64,000 nucleotides of DNA from the human T2T-CHM13v2.0 reference genome, Homo sapiens. The stretch lies in assembly GCF_009914755.1 (NCBI RefSeq), contig NC_060940.1, one strand, 5' to 3'. A program made the position numbers and the translations under genes. This document shows, piece by piece, positions 17,245 to 33,778 of the stretch; positions within the stretch are counted from its first letter, which is position 1; every line of letters begins with the position of its first letter. The notes under the pieces were generated by a model, which saw nothing but the letters and a program-made list of their open reading frames with translations, was not told the DNA's origin and searched no databases.

Positions 17245-17960
17245 GAGCTGGGCACCATGTGTCAGGCATTGTACTAAGTCCTTCACATGCTTTAATTTTT
17301 TCAACCCTCACAACAACTCTCTAAAGGACACATTAACTCCACCACACAGATGTGGAAACTGGGGCTCAGAGAGGTTAAGTAACTTGCCCAGGTTGCAGAG
17401 CTAGGCAGTGGGTGAACATGGGACCTCAAGCTCTAGTCTCTCTCTCAGAAGTAGCATGCTATTCCCATTACATGACGTGGGCTCCATAATTATCAGTGCT
17501 TTGGGGGTACTTTTCTTAAAACTTAAATAAATGGAGAAATGGCTCCTGTTCCTGGACAAGTTGTAAAGATGTAGTTTTTTCCACAGTTAATTTGCACATT
17601 TATTGCAACACCAATCAAATTCCCAACAGGACTTTCCTTGCAATTGGACAGAGTAGTTCCACCTTAGGCAAGAAAAACACGGACTATTTAGACAAAAAGA
17701 AAACAGATGGAAAGTGACTCCCATCCACTGGCAAAGTGTAGTAGTTAGGGGTCTTGGGTACTTGACTCAGATAGACCTGGGTTTGATTCCCAGCACTAAT
17801 GCTTTATTTGCTGTGTGAATTTGGGTAGACCAATCTGAGTCTCAGTTTTCTTATCTGTAAAATGGGGCTGATGACGCCTGCTTTTCAGAATGGTGAGGAT
17901 AAAATGAGTAAAGTTCCTGGCATGGCACATAATAAGCCCTCAACAAATGGCAGCTAGTAA
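17245..17960. mobile_element. MIR fragments (about 17245-17450 on -, about 17735-17960 on +)
   Basis: Cores gaaactggggctcagagaggttaagtaacttgccca and ctcagttttcttatctgtaaaatgggg. Confidence 0.7.
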
Positions 17961-18096
17961 TAGTAGTAATAATAGCAGTCAGATTGGTAGCAGTAGTGCC
18001 AGATAGCAGTAGCCTCAATGAAGACATCTGTGCAGAGGTGTTAGAAATTAAGTTGCTAAGACGTCTGAGCTGGAGCTGCCTGGCTCAAATGCCTGA

Positions 18097-18288
<192 letters not shown>

Positions 18289-18679
18289 TGAGACCAAGGC
18301 TCTTGCAGGGGAGCCCAGGAGGTGTCACAGGTGGGGAGAGCGGAGAAGGGCCTTGGGGGAAGAGGAGCACCTGATGGCCTGAGACTGGCAAATTGTTCAG
18401 CACCTTGGAGAGCGGTGGAGGTCACTAGGGTGTCGGGGGCATGGCCATTCGCCACAATGGATATGCTTTAAACAACATTAAATGGGGTTTGGTTGACACA
18501 TAAACTCCAACTTGAATGAAAAGATGTTATAAATAGAAGCATGGGGGGAATAAAGACTTGTATAGAGAGTAGTCAAGGGGTGATGCTTCCATGTCAACTC
18601 AACAACACATCAAAGTGCAAGCCCCTTCCACAGACTCATGCTCCTGAAGCAAGCCACATGTGTGGTGGCATGAGGGTGT

Positions 18680-19270
18680 GGGTAGTGAGAAGAGTATAGA
18701 CTTGAATTCAAATTCTGGCCCTGTTTCTTTCTAGTTCTGTGTCATTGCAGAGAATTACTTATCCTCTCTGAGATTCTGTTTCTTCTTCTATAAAATGGGC
18801 TTAATAATTTGTCCTACCTACAAGACTGCTGTGAGGATTAAAGGAGGCACAGTTGATATAGCACCGTGGCAAGAGCATGGACTCGGGAGTTGACTGCCCT
18901 TGTGTGAACCCCCGCTCCATCCTTAATGTGTAGCCCAAAGAGAATGCCTTAACCTCTTGGTGCCTCAGATTCTTTGTCTTCAAAATGTGGCTAATGATAC
19001 TTAACTCACAGGTTAATGTGAATAAAAAAAGAAGATAGTGCTCATAGAATAGCTGCCATGCTCAGTATTCAGTATTAGCAATCACCAGCATCATCATGAA
19101 TCATCACTTTCACACCAATCTTAAGAAATAGAAACAATATTCCCACTTTGCTGATGAGGAAAACGAGGCTCAGAGAAGTTCAGCAACTTGTTCAAGGTCA
19201 CACAGCAAGCTAAGTAGTGGAGCTGGGTTTCAAATCTAGATCTACAGAACTCCAGACCCAGACACTTAAT
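18680..19270. mobile_element. Cluster of MIR fragments in CLEC19A intron 4
   Basis: Several MIR cores in both orientations. Confidence 0.7.
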
Positions 19271-19305
19271 TGTTATTCCCTCTTTGCTCTTTTTTCTTTT
19301 CCTAA

Positions 19306-19683
<378 letters not shown>

Positions 19684-20231
19684 TCCTGTCTTGTCCTACT
19701 GGTGTGAGCTCAACTCTAGTATCATCTTGTAGCTGTAACCAGTGTAGAATTGACATTGAATACATGTAAAACATACATAGGAAGTAAATCTCTTGGACAG
19801 AGATTTTAAACAAGCAGATCTTAATTATACAGGGTGGTCACTTGGCCAAGTGTCAGGAAAGCCAGCTCAAATTGGCTTAATTTTTTAAAGTGTTTTTTTT
19901 TTTAAATTGACCCAAGTAACAAAAATCCAGGGGTTGTTCTGATTCAGAGTTGAATCTCACTGGCCTGGCTCGGGTCACGTGCCCATCCCTGAAGCAATCA
20001 CTTTGGCATATGCTAAGTGGCTAGCTCCTGCTTAGCTGTACATCTTTGGACAAAATGGGGTGGAAGTCACATTATCAGAGGCGCTGGGAGTGGGGGAAAA
20101 TGCGGGGGGGTGTTGGTCAAAGCATACAAACTTTTGGAAATAAGATTAATAAGTTTGGGAGGCTTAATGTACAGCGTGATGACTATAGTTAATAATAATG
20201 TATTGTATTCCTGAAATTTGCTACGAGAGTA

Positions 20232-20543
<312 letters not shown>

Positions 20544-20629
20544 AAGAATACATCTTAAATATTCCCGTCAACACATGGGCTCAAAGATGAGGCTGGTTCT
20601 TCAAAGGAAAACAAAAAGATTACCAAACT

Positions 20630-21550
<921 letters not shown>

Positions 21551-21552
21551 GA

Positions 21553-21865
<313 letters not shown>

Positions 21866-22651
21866 CATTACATGACGTTTACCTCAATTTTTAAAAATGT
21901 TACCAGAAGAAAGAATGCATGCCGGGCAGGAAAAGCAATAGATATTTATTAGCAGAAAGAACATTGGACAGAGAGGCAGGAGGCCTCAGTTCCATTTCCA
22001 ATTCTGTGAGCCTTGTTTCTGCTTTGGTATGGACTGGGGTTGGGGGGAACCTGAAAATCTGGGCCCTCCAGTACCAACAAGGAAGCACAGAGAGATTAAA
22101 ATGCACACAAAAAAATCAATTGGCATTTGGTAAATTGTGCCGCTTCTCAGATTTTTGCAGGAATATTCTTCTGAAAAGGATGTTAAAATGGGACTTTCCT
22201 ATTGCTTCAGAATTGGTCCTGGGACCTACAACTGAAAGCAACAGGTACTAATTACCTCTCATTCTGAAGAGAGCAATGAACACATGGGACCATTCAACTA
22301 CCCTTAGAGCTTATATAATGGTTTGCAGACCTGGCCTTACTACAATCGACCACATGAGTAGAGAAAGACAAACACTGAGATCGTTGGCCTTGTGGGGAGC
22401 ATAGCGCCCACAGTTGAAAGGGTTTTTACCTTTTCTTCCTTTGAAAGTAGGAGGGGTTGCTTTCTCTCCATCTACAGTGTCAAGTGAGCAGAGCTTTAGG
22501 AAATTGCTTGTAGAGATTGGAGTGCCCATAAGAAAGATGCACTGGCTTCTCACTTCCCAGCAGAATGCTGGCTATGCTGTTAAAAATTCTGCCCTCCCCA
22601 GTACTACACTGGAGAGGAACTGGGTCAGAGACTCCTCAAGAATGCTTAATG

Positions 22652-22959
22652 CACCCAGACATGGTGGCTCATGCCTGTACTCCCAACACTTTGGGAGGCC
22701 AACATAGGAGGGTCACTTGAACCCAGGAGTACGAGATCATTCTAAGCAATATAGTAACACCCCACCTCTAAAAAGAAAAAAAAATTAGCCAGGTGTGATG
22801 GCATACACCTGTAGTCCCAGCTACTCTAGAGGCTGAGGTGGGAGGATTGCTTTACCCCAGGAGGTTGAGGCTACAGTGAGCTGTGATCATGCCACTGCAT
22901 TCTAGCCCAGGTGACAGAGTGAGATCCTATCTCATTAAAAAAAAAAAAAAAAAAAAAAG
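22652..22959 (+). mobile_element. Alu (AluJ-like)
   Basis: Sense dimer with aga(a)tgctt flanks. Confidence 0.9.
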
Positions 22960-22993
22960 ATGCTTTAAACATTTATCCTGCGAATTTAGGAGT

Positions 22994-24120
22994 GTAAGGA
23001 GGAAAACTTTTTCTCTATCCTCTTATGTTCCTTTCTGGAGGCCTGTGAATCAAACTGTCAAAAGACAGATTAACAGAAGAAAAGGTATAAGAGTTGTATA
23101 GATGTTTTTACGTGGAGAGGGACTTCATAGAAAAGAAGTGAAAACCCAAAGAGGTGGTTAGACTTGGGGGCTTATCTACCATTTTAACAAAGGGGGTAAG
23201 TTGTGGAGAAGTGACTAGACAAAGGAAAAGAGGGTTGGCTTTCTAGAGGCAGCAAATTGTGGGAAGGTGACTAGGCAATGGATGGTAGATAAAGATTGTT
23301 TAGTAAGGTTTGTTATGTAGACTCAAGTGATCTCCAGGGTCATTCACCTCTTCCTGGTACAGGAGAGGGGACCACCTTTACAATGGAAATTTATGTTACA
23401 TTTACAAAGGGAAATTTATGCTCTGCTTTTAGGCAAATGTGGAGTCCTAATTAGGGAAAATGAGTCAGGCTGCTGGGACCAAGGGAAAGCAAAAAGAGAA
23501 AGCTGATTAGCTATAAGTCTGCCTTTCTTCATGGTCCAGGACACAGAGCCTTCCTGCACAAAAAGCTCACAATCTTCATGCACCCAGCACTCACCAGACA
23601 CACCTGCAAGTTAGCTCACTTCAACCCTGGCATTATCAGTGCTGCCCGTAGCACTCTTCAGCATAAGCACCATTCTATAACATCCCCAGCAAGCCTTTGT
23701 TTCCTTGCAGACAGCCCCTTCTCTGCTGTGCTGCCCATTGCAACCTTGCAACATACTTTCATAGTTTCTCTAATAAATCTGCCTTTCTTTACCTACAACT
23801 TCTTGGTAAATTCTTCTTATCTCTGCACCACTGGCCCCAGATAGTTGCCGATCACCCATGACAGCAATAGGGGGAGGACAGAGAGCTCTTCATTTGTCTG
23901 CCATTTATTTTTATTTTTTATAGAGATGAGGTCTCACTATGTTGCTCAGGCTGTTCTCAAACTTCCAGCCTCAAGCGATTCTCTTGCCTCGGCCTCACGA
24001 AGTGCTGGGATTACAGGTGTGAGCCACTGCACCTGGCCTGGTATTTCTTAATTGTCTTTAACTCAAAACAGTCCTGATGCCAAAGTGGCGTATTTTGGGA
24101 TATCATATTCTGATCCCTCT
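22994..24120 (-). mobile_element. ERV1 MER4-group solo LTR (MER31/MER67-like) hosting another LTR and a FLAM
   Basis: Ends in gccaaagtggcgtattttgggatatcatattctgatccc, typical of an antisense MER4-group LTR 5' end; interrupted at 23438-23863 and about 23905-24038. Confidence 0.65.
23438..23863 (+). mobile_element. ERV1 solo LTR (MER84/MER83-like)
   Basis: TG...CA termini (tgtggagtcctaattaggg...catgaca), AATAAA at 23772, flanks gcaaa/gcaat. Confidence 0.8.
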
Positions 24121-25454
24121 TAGGGGCATCCATGAACAGATTCTGATGCCTACTGGGACCCCAAGTTAGGAAGCTTCTTGTAATTTCCCAAAGCAGAGAG
24201 GGGAAAGAGGCAGTGGCAAGTGGGCCTGGAAAGGAAAGGATGGACACATGAGCCTGGATGGTTCAGAAAAGGACTTTAGTGGCTCCCCTTGGCTCCACGA
24301 GAAGAAGCACAGAGGTTAGAGTTGCTGCTCTGTGCCTCAGCTGCCCCTTCTGTAAAATGAGGACAGTAAGTATGTACCTCACCAAGGTCAGAATTCAATG
24401 AAATAACATATGCGGAGGCTTTGAACAATGCCTGCACATCGCGCTATGTAAGTTAGGTATTATTCTTACTGTATTTTTTGGCAGGTGCTATAAAAATGCC
24501 ATGGAACAAGCCATCCCAAAACTCAGTGGCTTAAAACAACCACTGTTTATTATAACATACGCATGTCTGTGGGTCAGCTGGCCTATGCTGGGCTTTGCTG
24601 GGCAGCTCTGTGACTCATTGCAAATCTCAAAGATAGCCAGGGTGCCTCTACTTCACCATGTGTCGGGAGTGCCAACCTCGCTCTTGGGCTGGCATTACAA
24701 ACTGCCTTAATTAGAAGGTTAACTGCCTTTGAAGTTCAGCACTCTGAGTTCTGAGTTTGTGTTGTGCCAGACTCCTGTTGACTCCAACAGGGACGGCACC
24801 ATGTCTGAAAGGCCAAAGAAGAGACCCAGAGCCAGTGAAGGAGGCATAGCATTTATTGGGATTTATGTACAGGGCGGTCTGGAAGTGTCAAACTGAACAG
24901 GAAAAACACTATCACCATCCTTGAAGGGGGATCTGGGTGGCGCATCTCCATGTTACCACATCCGGAATCAAAAAGGCATGGATTCAAATCCCCCATTGAC
25001 ACTTATTGTGTGAGCTCATGGAAGTGGCTTAACCTCTCTGAGTTTTGGTTTCCTCTGTAAAATGGAGACACAGTCCCTTCCAGCCCTGACTGTGATTTAT
25101 CTGGCAGCTTTGGGGCCTGAGGAACTCTGCATAGGTGACTTTTTCAGAAAACTAAAATTTATTCCTTGAGCATCACAAGTATCTCTATTTTTCCATTTTG
25201 GATGGAAATCTTTCTAAACCATGTTACGCATCTCCCTGCTTCCTTAAACAGAAGATCCTCAAGGAGATTCACCTTTTCTTGATTCAGGGTAATATGCGCT
25301 GCATCTGCTTCAGGCATTTTTGTCTTCTGTCATATCTGGGTGCCACTGTGCCAGTCTCTGACAGCCCGCAGGACTCACAGCCTTTCCTAGATTGTTGCTT
25401 CTGGGACGCTGTGGGCAGGGAAGCCAGGCAACCAAGCCTGAGAACAACCCCAGG

Positions 25455-25745
25455 CAGAGAGAGAGAGAAGGAGGAGGAGAGGGGAAGGAGGAGGAGGGAG
25501 AAGAAGGGAGAGGAAGGAGGAGGGGATGAGTGGAGGGGGAGGAGGAGAGGGGAAGAAGGAGGAGGAGAGGGAAGAAGAGAGAGGAAGGAGGAGGGGGTGG
25601 ATGGAGGGGGAGGAGGAGGAGGGAAAGTGGAAAGGGGAGGAGGGAAAAGAGGGAAGGGAGGAGGGGGAGGAGGAGGAGGGAAAGTGGAAAGGGGAGGAGG
25701 GAAAGGAGGGAAGGGAGGAGGGGGAGTGGGGGTGGAGAGAAAAAA
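25455..25745. repeat. GA-rich polypurine tract with an internal ~57-bp tandem duplication
   Basis: Nearly pure purine on +; gggaaagtggaaaggggaggagggaaa occurs twice. Confidence 0.9.
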
Positions 25746-26000
25746 CAGATGATAGGTAACAGATTAATAATAAATAACAGATAAATGATGGATGGATGGA
25801 TGGATAAATGAACATGACAGATATTGTTAGAGATAGATGATAGGTAGATAATAGTCTATGATATGGTAGCCATGTATCTATCTATCTGTCTATATATCAT
25901 ATCTATATGATAGTCCTTGGATAGTCATATATGGATAGGTAATAGATAGTCTCTCCCTTAGGGAAGATAGAGAGACAGACAGATAGATGGATAGGCAGGT
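25746..26000. repeat. Degenerate (TAGA/TGGA)n tract
   Basis: Direct inspection. Confidence 0.75.
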
Positions 26001-26454
26001 GCTCATGACTATAAATATATGTCACCTATACAATCATTGTTAACAAAACATAGGACCATATTGTGTGGATGCATCAAAGTATTTAACTATTCTTGTTAGC
26101 TATTTAGATTGCATCTAATTTTTCACTGTTACAAATAACACAGTGATAGGCATCTCTGTACACATGTTTAATTATATTCTTGGGGATATATTCCTAGAAG
26201 TGGCATTGGTAGTTCAAAATGTATGCACATTTTAAAGATAGAATTACTTTTTATTATACAAAATAATGCAGGTGGCTTTTGGAGGCAGTGAATATGTTTA
26301 TCAGTGTGATTGTGGTAATGGCATCACAGGTGTATGTATGTGTCCAAACTCATCAAATTGTATGCCTTAAACACTTGCAGTTTTTAAAATATACAATTAT
26401 ACCTCGATAAAGCTGATTTTTAAAAATGTATGTGGACTACAAAAAAAGGGAAGG

Positions 26455-26455
<1 letters not shown>

Positions 26456-26486
<31 letters not shown>
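26456..26486. repeat. (TG)n microsatellite
   Basis: About 15 TG units. Confidence 0.95.
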
Positions 26487-26487
<1 letters not shown>

Positions 26488-26557
26488 TTCTACAATCCCA
26501 CCAGCCAGAGATAACTACTACTGACCACAGTAGTGGACTGTTTTCCAGCTATGTATA

Positions 26558-26850
26558 CTGTGATGGCCATGAGAATGCACCACGCAGACCTCCTACTACC
26601 AGGGCCATGATTGACTGAGGGCCCCAGGTTTTGTGTTTGAAACTCTTCACTTCATTTGCATTCCCAGGTAATGACTGAGCGACCTGGAGTACTAAGGCAG
26701 GCATATTCCTGGGAGACACAAGATTCCTTTGGTGGTGAACTTGGCTGAAGGAGGCCCCAATGGGCCTGCTGAACTTGCCTTAGGCTGCAGGATGATCTAG
26801 GACGCCTCCACCCTCTCCTTCACATGGCATCACACTTGCATCATAGTCTG
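26558..26850 (+). mobile_element. ERVL LTR16-like fragment
   Basis: tgtgatggccatgagaatgcaccac...ttgactgagggcccc. Confidence 0.55.
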
Positions 26851-28147
26851 ACTATAATAGGGAACATTATGTCATTTATGTTCATAAACTCCCACAGAAC
26901 TACACTCTGTATTTCTATAAACGCATATATCTGTAAATAGAGATTAAAAGGCCTGGAAAGATACACACGAAACTGATAACAGAGAGGACTTCAGGGATTG
27001 GGGGAAATGGCCTCAAGGCAGAATTTTAGATTTGTCTGTAATGCTTGATTTTTTTAAAACTATGATCATATATTCATGTATTACTTGTGCAGCTAAAAAT
27101 ACAGAGCTATTTTTAAAATGAAACATATTTCAACCCAATTCTCTCTTATAACCTTTAGGGCTAGGTTTGGCTTGGCCACAAATCAGGACCAGCTGCAGTG
27201 GATTGGGACAAAACACTGACATGTCTAGCATAATTATTGCCAAAACGCTTTCAAGAAACAATGCCAATGTACACCCTAATCTAGGCAAAGATGACAAAAA
27301 TAATAACATTCATTGCTGGTTCTGGTTTTAATTGATGATTCTTTGATTGCTACTGAAGATGAGCATTTTTTTCCCATGGCATTTTGGCCATCTTCTGGAT
27401 GTGGTAGGGAGAGGATGCCAATTTTTCCACTTGCTCCTAGGCTGGGAAATGCCCACCTCCCACAGCCTAGGGACCATTTAATTAACGCCTGCCCCACCCC
27501 CTCTAGAACCAAAGAACAACCAGATGTTCAGTGGATTCCGCCTCCGCAGAAACCTATACTTTACCCCGCACCCACCAGAGTCATCACTATTTGCTTTACA
27601 ATAGAAAGAATCCACCAGTCACATGGGCCTGTCAAAGCCAAGACTTCTGGGGAGCATTGGTCTGCATTAATAATACAATAGATCCACTAGGGTGAGTCTC
27701 CAGCTGCGCTGTATGTGTGGATGCCAGGGAGAGATTGGGAGAAGCCCTGCAGGAGCCCTCAGAGACTCCATATGCCCCGCTCTCTTCCATGTAGGCCTTG
27801 GCAGCTTGATATGAGCTGGCACCTCCTTGACAAGTCTCGCTGTGCCTCATCCACCACCAGTGTTATTAACTCATTACCTTTCATCCATGTGGGCCAGCCC
27901 ACTGCCAGCCCACTGCCAGCCCCAGCCATTAGCCTGCACCCTCACCCTCCGTGGGCTGTTTCATGGAGGAGGGTGTTGCAAAAAAGTTGCACTACAACCT
28001 GGTCCTGTTGGGAGAGTCCTTTCCTGCTCTGGGCTCCACTCGAAGCTGACAACCCTTCATGCTTCCTGGAAGAGCATCCCTAGGTGTAGAATTTGCTGCA
28101 TCCAGCACCCAAAGAGCCCTGCCAGTCATTGTGCTTCTCTCTTTACC

Positions 28148-29272
<1,125 letters not shown>

Positions 29273-29789
29273 AGGAATCTATTAAATTTATTATAGTAAT
29301 AATAGAATGGTAGGAGAAAAATGGTAAGCACCACAATTTCTCTTGGGGACAGAACTGCCTTTATTCAGGAAAACGTCTTGATATTACACCTGATGCGAGG
29401 AGAAGAGCCAAGGGAACAAAAGAGGTGGCCAAACTGCATATTCAAAACGAATTGGAATTTGGGAAAGAAGTGAATGGAGAAGCTAGCTCACAAGGATTTC
29501 TGTGACATGCACCCAAGTATAATTGTCAGAAGGTTAAAAAATAACTGTCATACAAATACTTGGTGAATATGTATCAAAGAGTTATTTAACTCATTTATGA
29601 AGGAAACAGCAGGAGGGTAAACTGGTTCAGAGATAGGAAAACCAGTGCACACACCCCACCAAATTTACACACACACCCATGCACATGCATTTAGTGGGAC
29701 CAAGAAAGATGGAATGAATGTCTGAGTTAAATACAAAACTAGTCAGTCATCTACAGAACAATAAAACCTTTAGGCTAATCCACCATCTG

Positions 29790-30395
29790 TTCTTGCATGG
29801 CCCATGAACTAAGAATTTTTTTAAACAGTTGACAAAAGTACAGTATTTTGCGGCATATGAAAATGATACGGGGCCAAGTGTGGTGGCTACGCCTGTAATC
29901 CCAGCACTTTGGGAAGCAGAGGTGGGAGGATCACTTGAGCCCAGGAGTTCAAGACCAGCTTGGGCAACATAGCAAAAACATGTCTCTACAAAAACAAACA
30001 AACAAACAAAATTAGCCAAGCATGGTGGCGTGGACCTGGAGTTCCAACTACTTGGAGGCTGAGGTGGGAGGATAGCTTGAGCCCTCGACAAGGAGGTAGG
30101 GGCTGCAGTGAGTTGTGATTGTGCCACTGCACTCCAGCCTGGGTGACAAAGTGAGACTGTTGTCTCAAAAAAAAAAAAAAAAAGGAAAAAGGAAAGAAAA
30201 TAATATGAAATACCAGTTACAGTGTTCATAAATAAAGTCGTATTGAGATACAGCTACACTCATTCATTTATGTGTTTTCTGTGGCTGCTTTCACATTGTA
30301 ATGGCAGAATTGACAGCGACAGAGCCTGTATGGCCCACGAAGCCTAAAATATGTATTATCTGTCTCCTTACTCAAAAAGTGTGCTGGCCTCTGTT
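29790..30395. mobile_element. MER58B (hAT-Charlie) interrupted by a sense AluJ (29871-30200)
   Basis: aataaagtcgtattgagatacagctacactcattcattt...ggcccacgaagcctaaaatat matches MER58. Confidence 0.8.
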
Positions 30396-31796
30396 CTAGG
30401 ATAATGACATGTCAATAATCTTTGAGGTTATTATCTTCTCTACTGGACAGAAATCAGTTGCACCCCTACAGGACAAAAATCATTTGCAACCTCAATTTTC
30501 TACAATTTAACATCAAATGTTATAGAATCCGAGCCCTAATCAATAATAAAATCAACATTACATCCTCTAGAGAATCAGATAACCCTTAAGCAGACAGTTT
30601 TCTAATTTGATTTGGAAGTTACGCAGCTATCTTTTTTACTTTATTCCAAACTTTCAGATAATTGGTCTTCACACTTGAAACCAAAAGATCAGTAATATAG
30701 ACTCGATGGTCTACAATTTGTGATCTAGAAGGCCACTTCCTCCACAGGACTTCTCTGAATTGAAGCTCTGAAAGCCCTTTTAGGAAATTAGAATGTTGAG
30801 GCTTCTCACTGAGCGGAGGACAATCAGGTCTGTTGAAAACAGGAGGGATCGCAGAAAGAAGGTGGCTTGAAGGTTGAAATTTGTGAGCCTTGATGCATGG
30901 TGCCACCCTCAACAGGTGGCTAGGGCCAGTGGCTGACTGGTGTGGAGGTACAAGAGCTCTGTTCTCTTGCCTCAAATCACAATAAACTCTGGGGTGCAAT
31001 TTAGACTCTAGAGCTCACCATGGCATCAGGTTGAGGGTAGATTTCCCTTTCTTACTTAATTTATTCCAGGCTTTTTTGCTTCTCTTCTTTCCATACAAAT
31101 TTATCCGGCGAGCATGCCCTCAATAAGTCACATACACCTTTGTCTTAGACTCTGCTTTTAGGTAATGTGAGCTCAGAGAGCAGGAATTCCTGAGTATCTG
31201 GAAATTGTACCTGTTAAGTGCTGGTCTGGGGGTTCTGAGTAGATGATAGCAACTTTCCATCCCTCTATGAACATGTGAAATGTCAAATTCTAACACGTCT
31301 ATCTCATAAATTCAAAATATCCCCATGCCCCTTAGATGTTTCTGTATTGATAAGATATAGGAAAGAAGGGAAGCAAAGGTGGGGTGTGCTATGGCACCAT
31401 ATGGTGACTTCACCCTCATGACCCCATCTCAGAAACATGTGGCTAAGAGGTGGGAGGCAGGGGCTAGAAACAGGAGAAATATGAACTGGCATAAATATTC
31501 CAGTGGGATGAAATCCCAACATTAGCACTTGGACTTTGGGTCCAGCCTGCTGGGAACAAACTGTGAAACTCCCTGGGTCGGCAATGACTCTGTGATGTAT
31601 TGATAAACCTAAGATCCAGAGTAACCCACAGTTAAATATAAAAACCCACCTACCCTAGGGCTGGTGAGGTGGGGGTTGGAGGTGATGGCTAAGGAGTACA
31701 GGGCTCTCTATGTGGGAGCATCTCCACAGGCTGCTTGGACCTCCTCACAGCATGGTTGCTAGATTCCAAGTGATAGGAAGTAAATGCTGGGAATGA

Positions 31797-32190
31797 GTTT
31801 CTTTCTTTCTTTTCTTTCTTTCTTTCCTTCTTTCTTTCTTTCTTTTCTTTCTTTCTTTCTTTCTTTTTTTTCTTTCTTTCTTTCCTTCTCTTTCTTTCTC
31901 TCTCTTTCCTTCTTTCTTTCTCTTCTCTCTCTCTTTTCTCTCTCCTCTCTCTCTTTCTCTCTCTCTTTTTTCTTTCCTTCTTTCTTCCTTCTCTCTCTCT
32001 TTCTCTTTCTTTCTTCTCTGTCTCTTTCTCTCTCTTTTTCTCTTTCTTTCTTTCGTTCTTTCTTTCCACCTTTCTTTTGTACAGGGTCTCGCTATGTTAC
32101 CCAGGCAGGCCTTGAACTCCTGGGCTCAAGCAGTCCTCCCACCTCTGCTTCTCTGAGTGCTGGGACTATAAGCATGAGCTGCTGCATTCT
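31797..32190 (-). repeat. ~280-bp (TTTC/TC)n tract forming the tail of an antisense FLAM
   Basis: Polypyrimidine run followed by acagggtctcgctatgttacccaggc. Confidence 0.9.
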
Positions 32191-32414
32191 ACAGCTGTGA
32201 GTTTCCTGAGGTCTGGGCCTGGAAACTGGCATGGAGTCACTTCTGCCATATTCTTCTAGTCAGGTGGTCATAGAACCCAGATTCTAAAGAAGGGAACATA
32301 GACCCCTATCTCTTTCAATGGAAAGTGTGGCAAACAATTTGGGAGCCATGTTTGAAAACAGTCACGTGGGATAAACATGGACAAGGAGAGATGAGTGGGT
32401 TCTAACAGAGGTCC

Positions 32415-32720
32415 TGGCTGGGTGCAGTGGCTCATGCCTGTAATCTCAGCACTTTGGGAGGTCAAGGTGGGCAGATCACTTGTGTCTAGGAGTTCAAGAC
32501 CAGCCTGGGCAACATAGCAAGACCCCATCTCTACAAAAAATGAAAATAAAAAATTATCTGGGCATGGTGGCATGCATCTGTAGGCCTAGCTACTCAGGAG
32601 GTCAGGACAGAAGGATCACTTGAGCCCAGGAATTTGAGGCTGCACGGAGCTATGATTGCACCACTTGTACTTCAGCTTGGGTGACAGAGTGAAAGCCCCA
32701 TCTCTAAATAAATAAATAAA
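32415..32720 (+). mobile_element. Alu (AluJ-like)
   Basis: Sense dimer with TSD agaggtcctg. Confidence 0.9.
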
Positions 32721-32796
32721 GAGAGGTCCTGATTCAGTTTATCAATCCCATGTAAACTAGAGAGAAAACAGCAGAAAATTTATGGGTGAAACCTTT

Positions 32797-33778
32797 GGTG
32801 ATGGTTAATTTTTTGTCAGTTTGGCTAGGCCACAGTATTCGGATATTTGATCAAACACATCTGGATGTTGCTGTGTAGTTTTTACATGAGATTAACCTTT
32901 AAATCAGTAGACTTTGAGTAAAGTAATTACCTTCCTATGATGGTAAATTTTATGTGTCAATTTGACTGGACCATAGGGTGCCTGGATATTTGGCCAAATA
33001 TCATTCAGGGTGTGTGTCTCTGAGATGAAATTCACATTTGAATCGGTAGACTGAGTAAAAAGATTGCCCTTTCTAATGTGGGTGGCCTCATCCGGTCAGC
33101 CGAATGCCCAACTAAAACTAAAAGGCTGACCCTCCCCTGAATAAGAGAGAATTATTCTTGCTTGACAGCCTTTGAACTGGAACATCAGCCTTTTTCCTGC
33201 CTTTGGACTCAAACTGAAACATCAGTTCTTTCTGGGACTCAAGCCTGCCAGCCTTCAGACTGGAACTACACCAGCAGCTCTCCTGGATCTCAGGCCTTCA
33301 TATTCAGGCAGGAAATATACCATCAGCTCTCCTGGGTCTCCAGCTTGCCCATCCACCCTGCGGATCTTAGGATTTCCCAACCTCCATAATCATGTGAGCC
33401 AATTTCTTATGGTAAGTATATCTCTTCTCTGTGTGTGTGTGTGTGGTGTGTGTATCCCACATCCTATTGGTTTTGTTTCTACAAAGAACCCTTACACATC
33501 TCCATAATGTGGGTGGGCCTTATCCAATCCATTGAAAACCTTAAGAAAAAGACTGATCTCCCCCAAGCAAAAAGGAACTCCACCAACAGACTTTGAACTG
33601 CAGCATCAATTCTTCCCTGGGTCTCCTGCCTTCCTACCCTGCAGATTTTGGACTTGCCAACCTCCCTACTTGTGTGTGTGCCAATTCCTTAACATCAAAA
33701 TGTTTAGATATTTATTTATTCATTGATTTAATGCACATCCTGTTGGTTCTGTTGCTCTGGAGGACTCTGACTAACATG
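32797..33778 (+). mobile_element. Nested MLT2 (HERV-L) LTRs: MLT2B-like (32936-33498) inside MLT2D-like
   Basis: Two MLT2 starts (tgatggt.aatttt..tgtca) and two MLT2 ends (catcct.ttggtt.tgtt). Confidence 0.85.

Noticed and set aside
25198-25815. Long Gly/Glu/Arg- or Pro/Ser-rich ORFs
   Set aside because: They arise from the stop-free polypurine tract.
31689-32200. 126-138 aa Lys/Glu/Arg or Phe/Leu/Ser ORFs
   Set aside because: They are translations of the (TTTC)n microsatellite.
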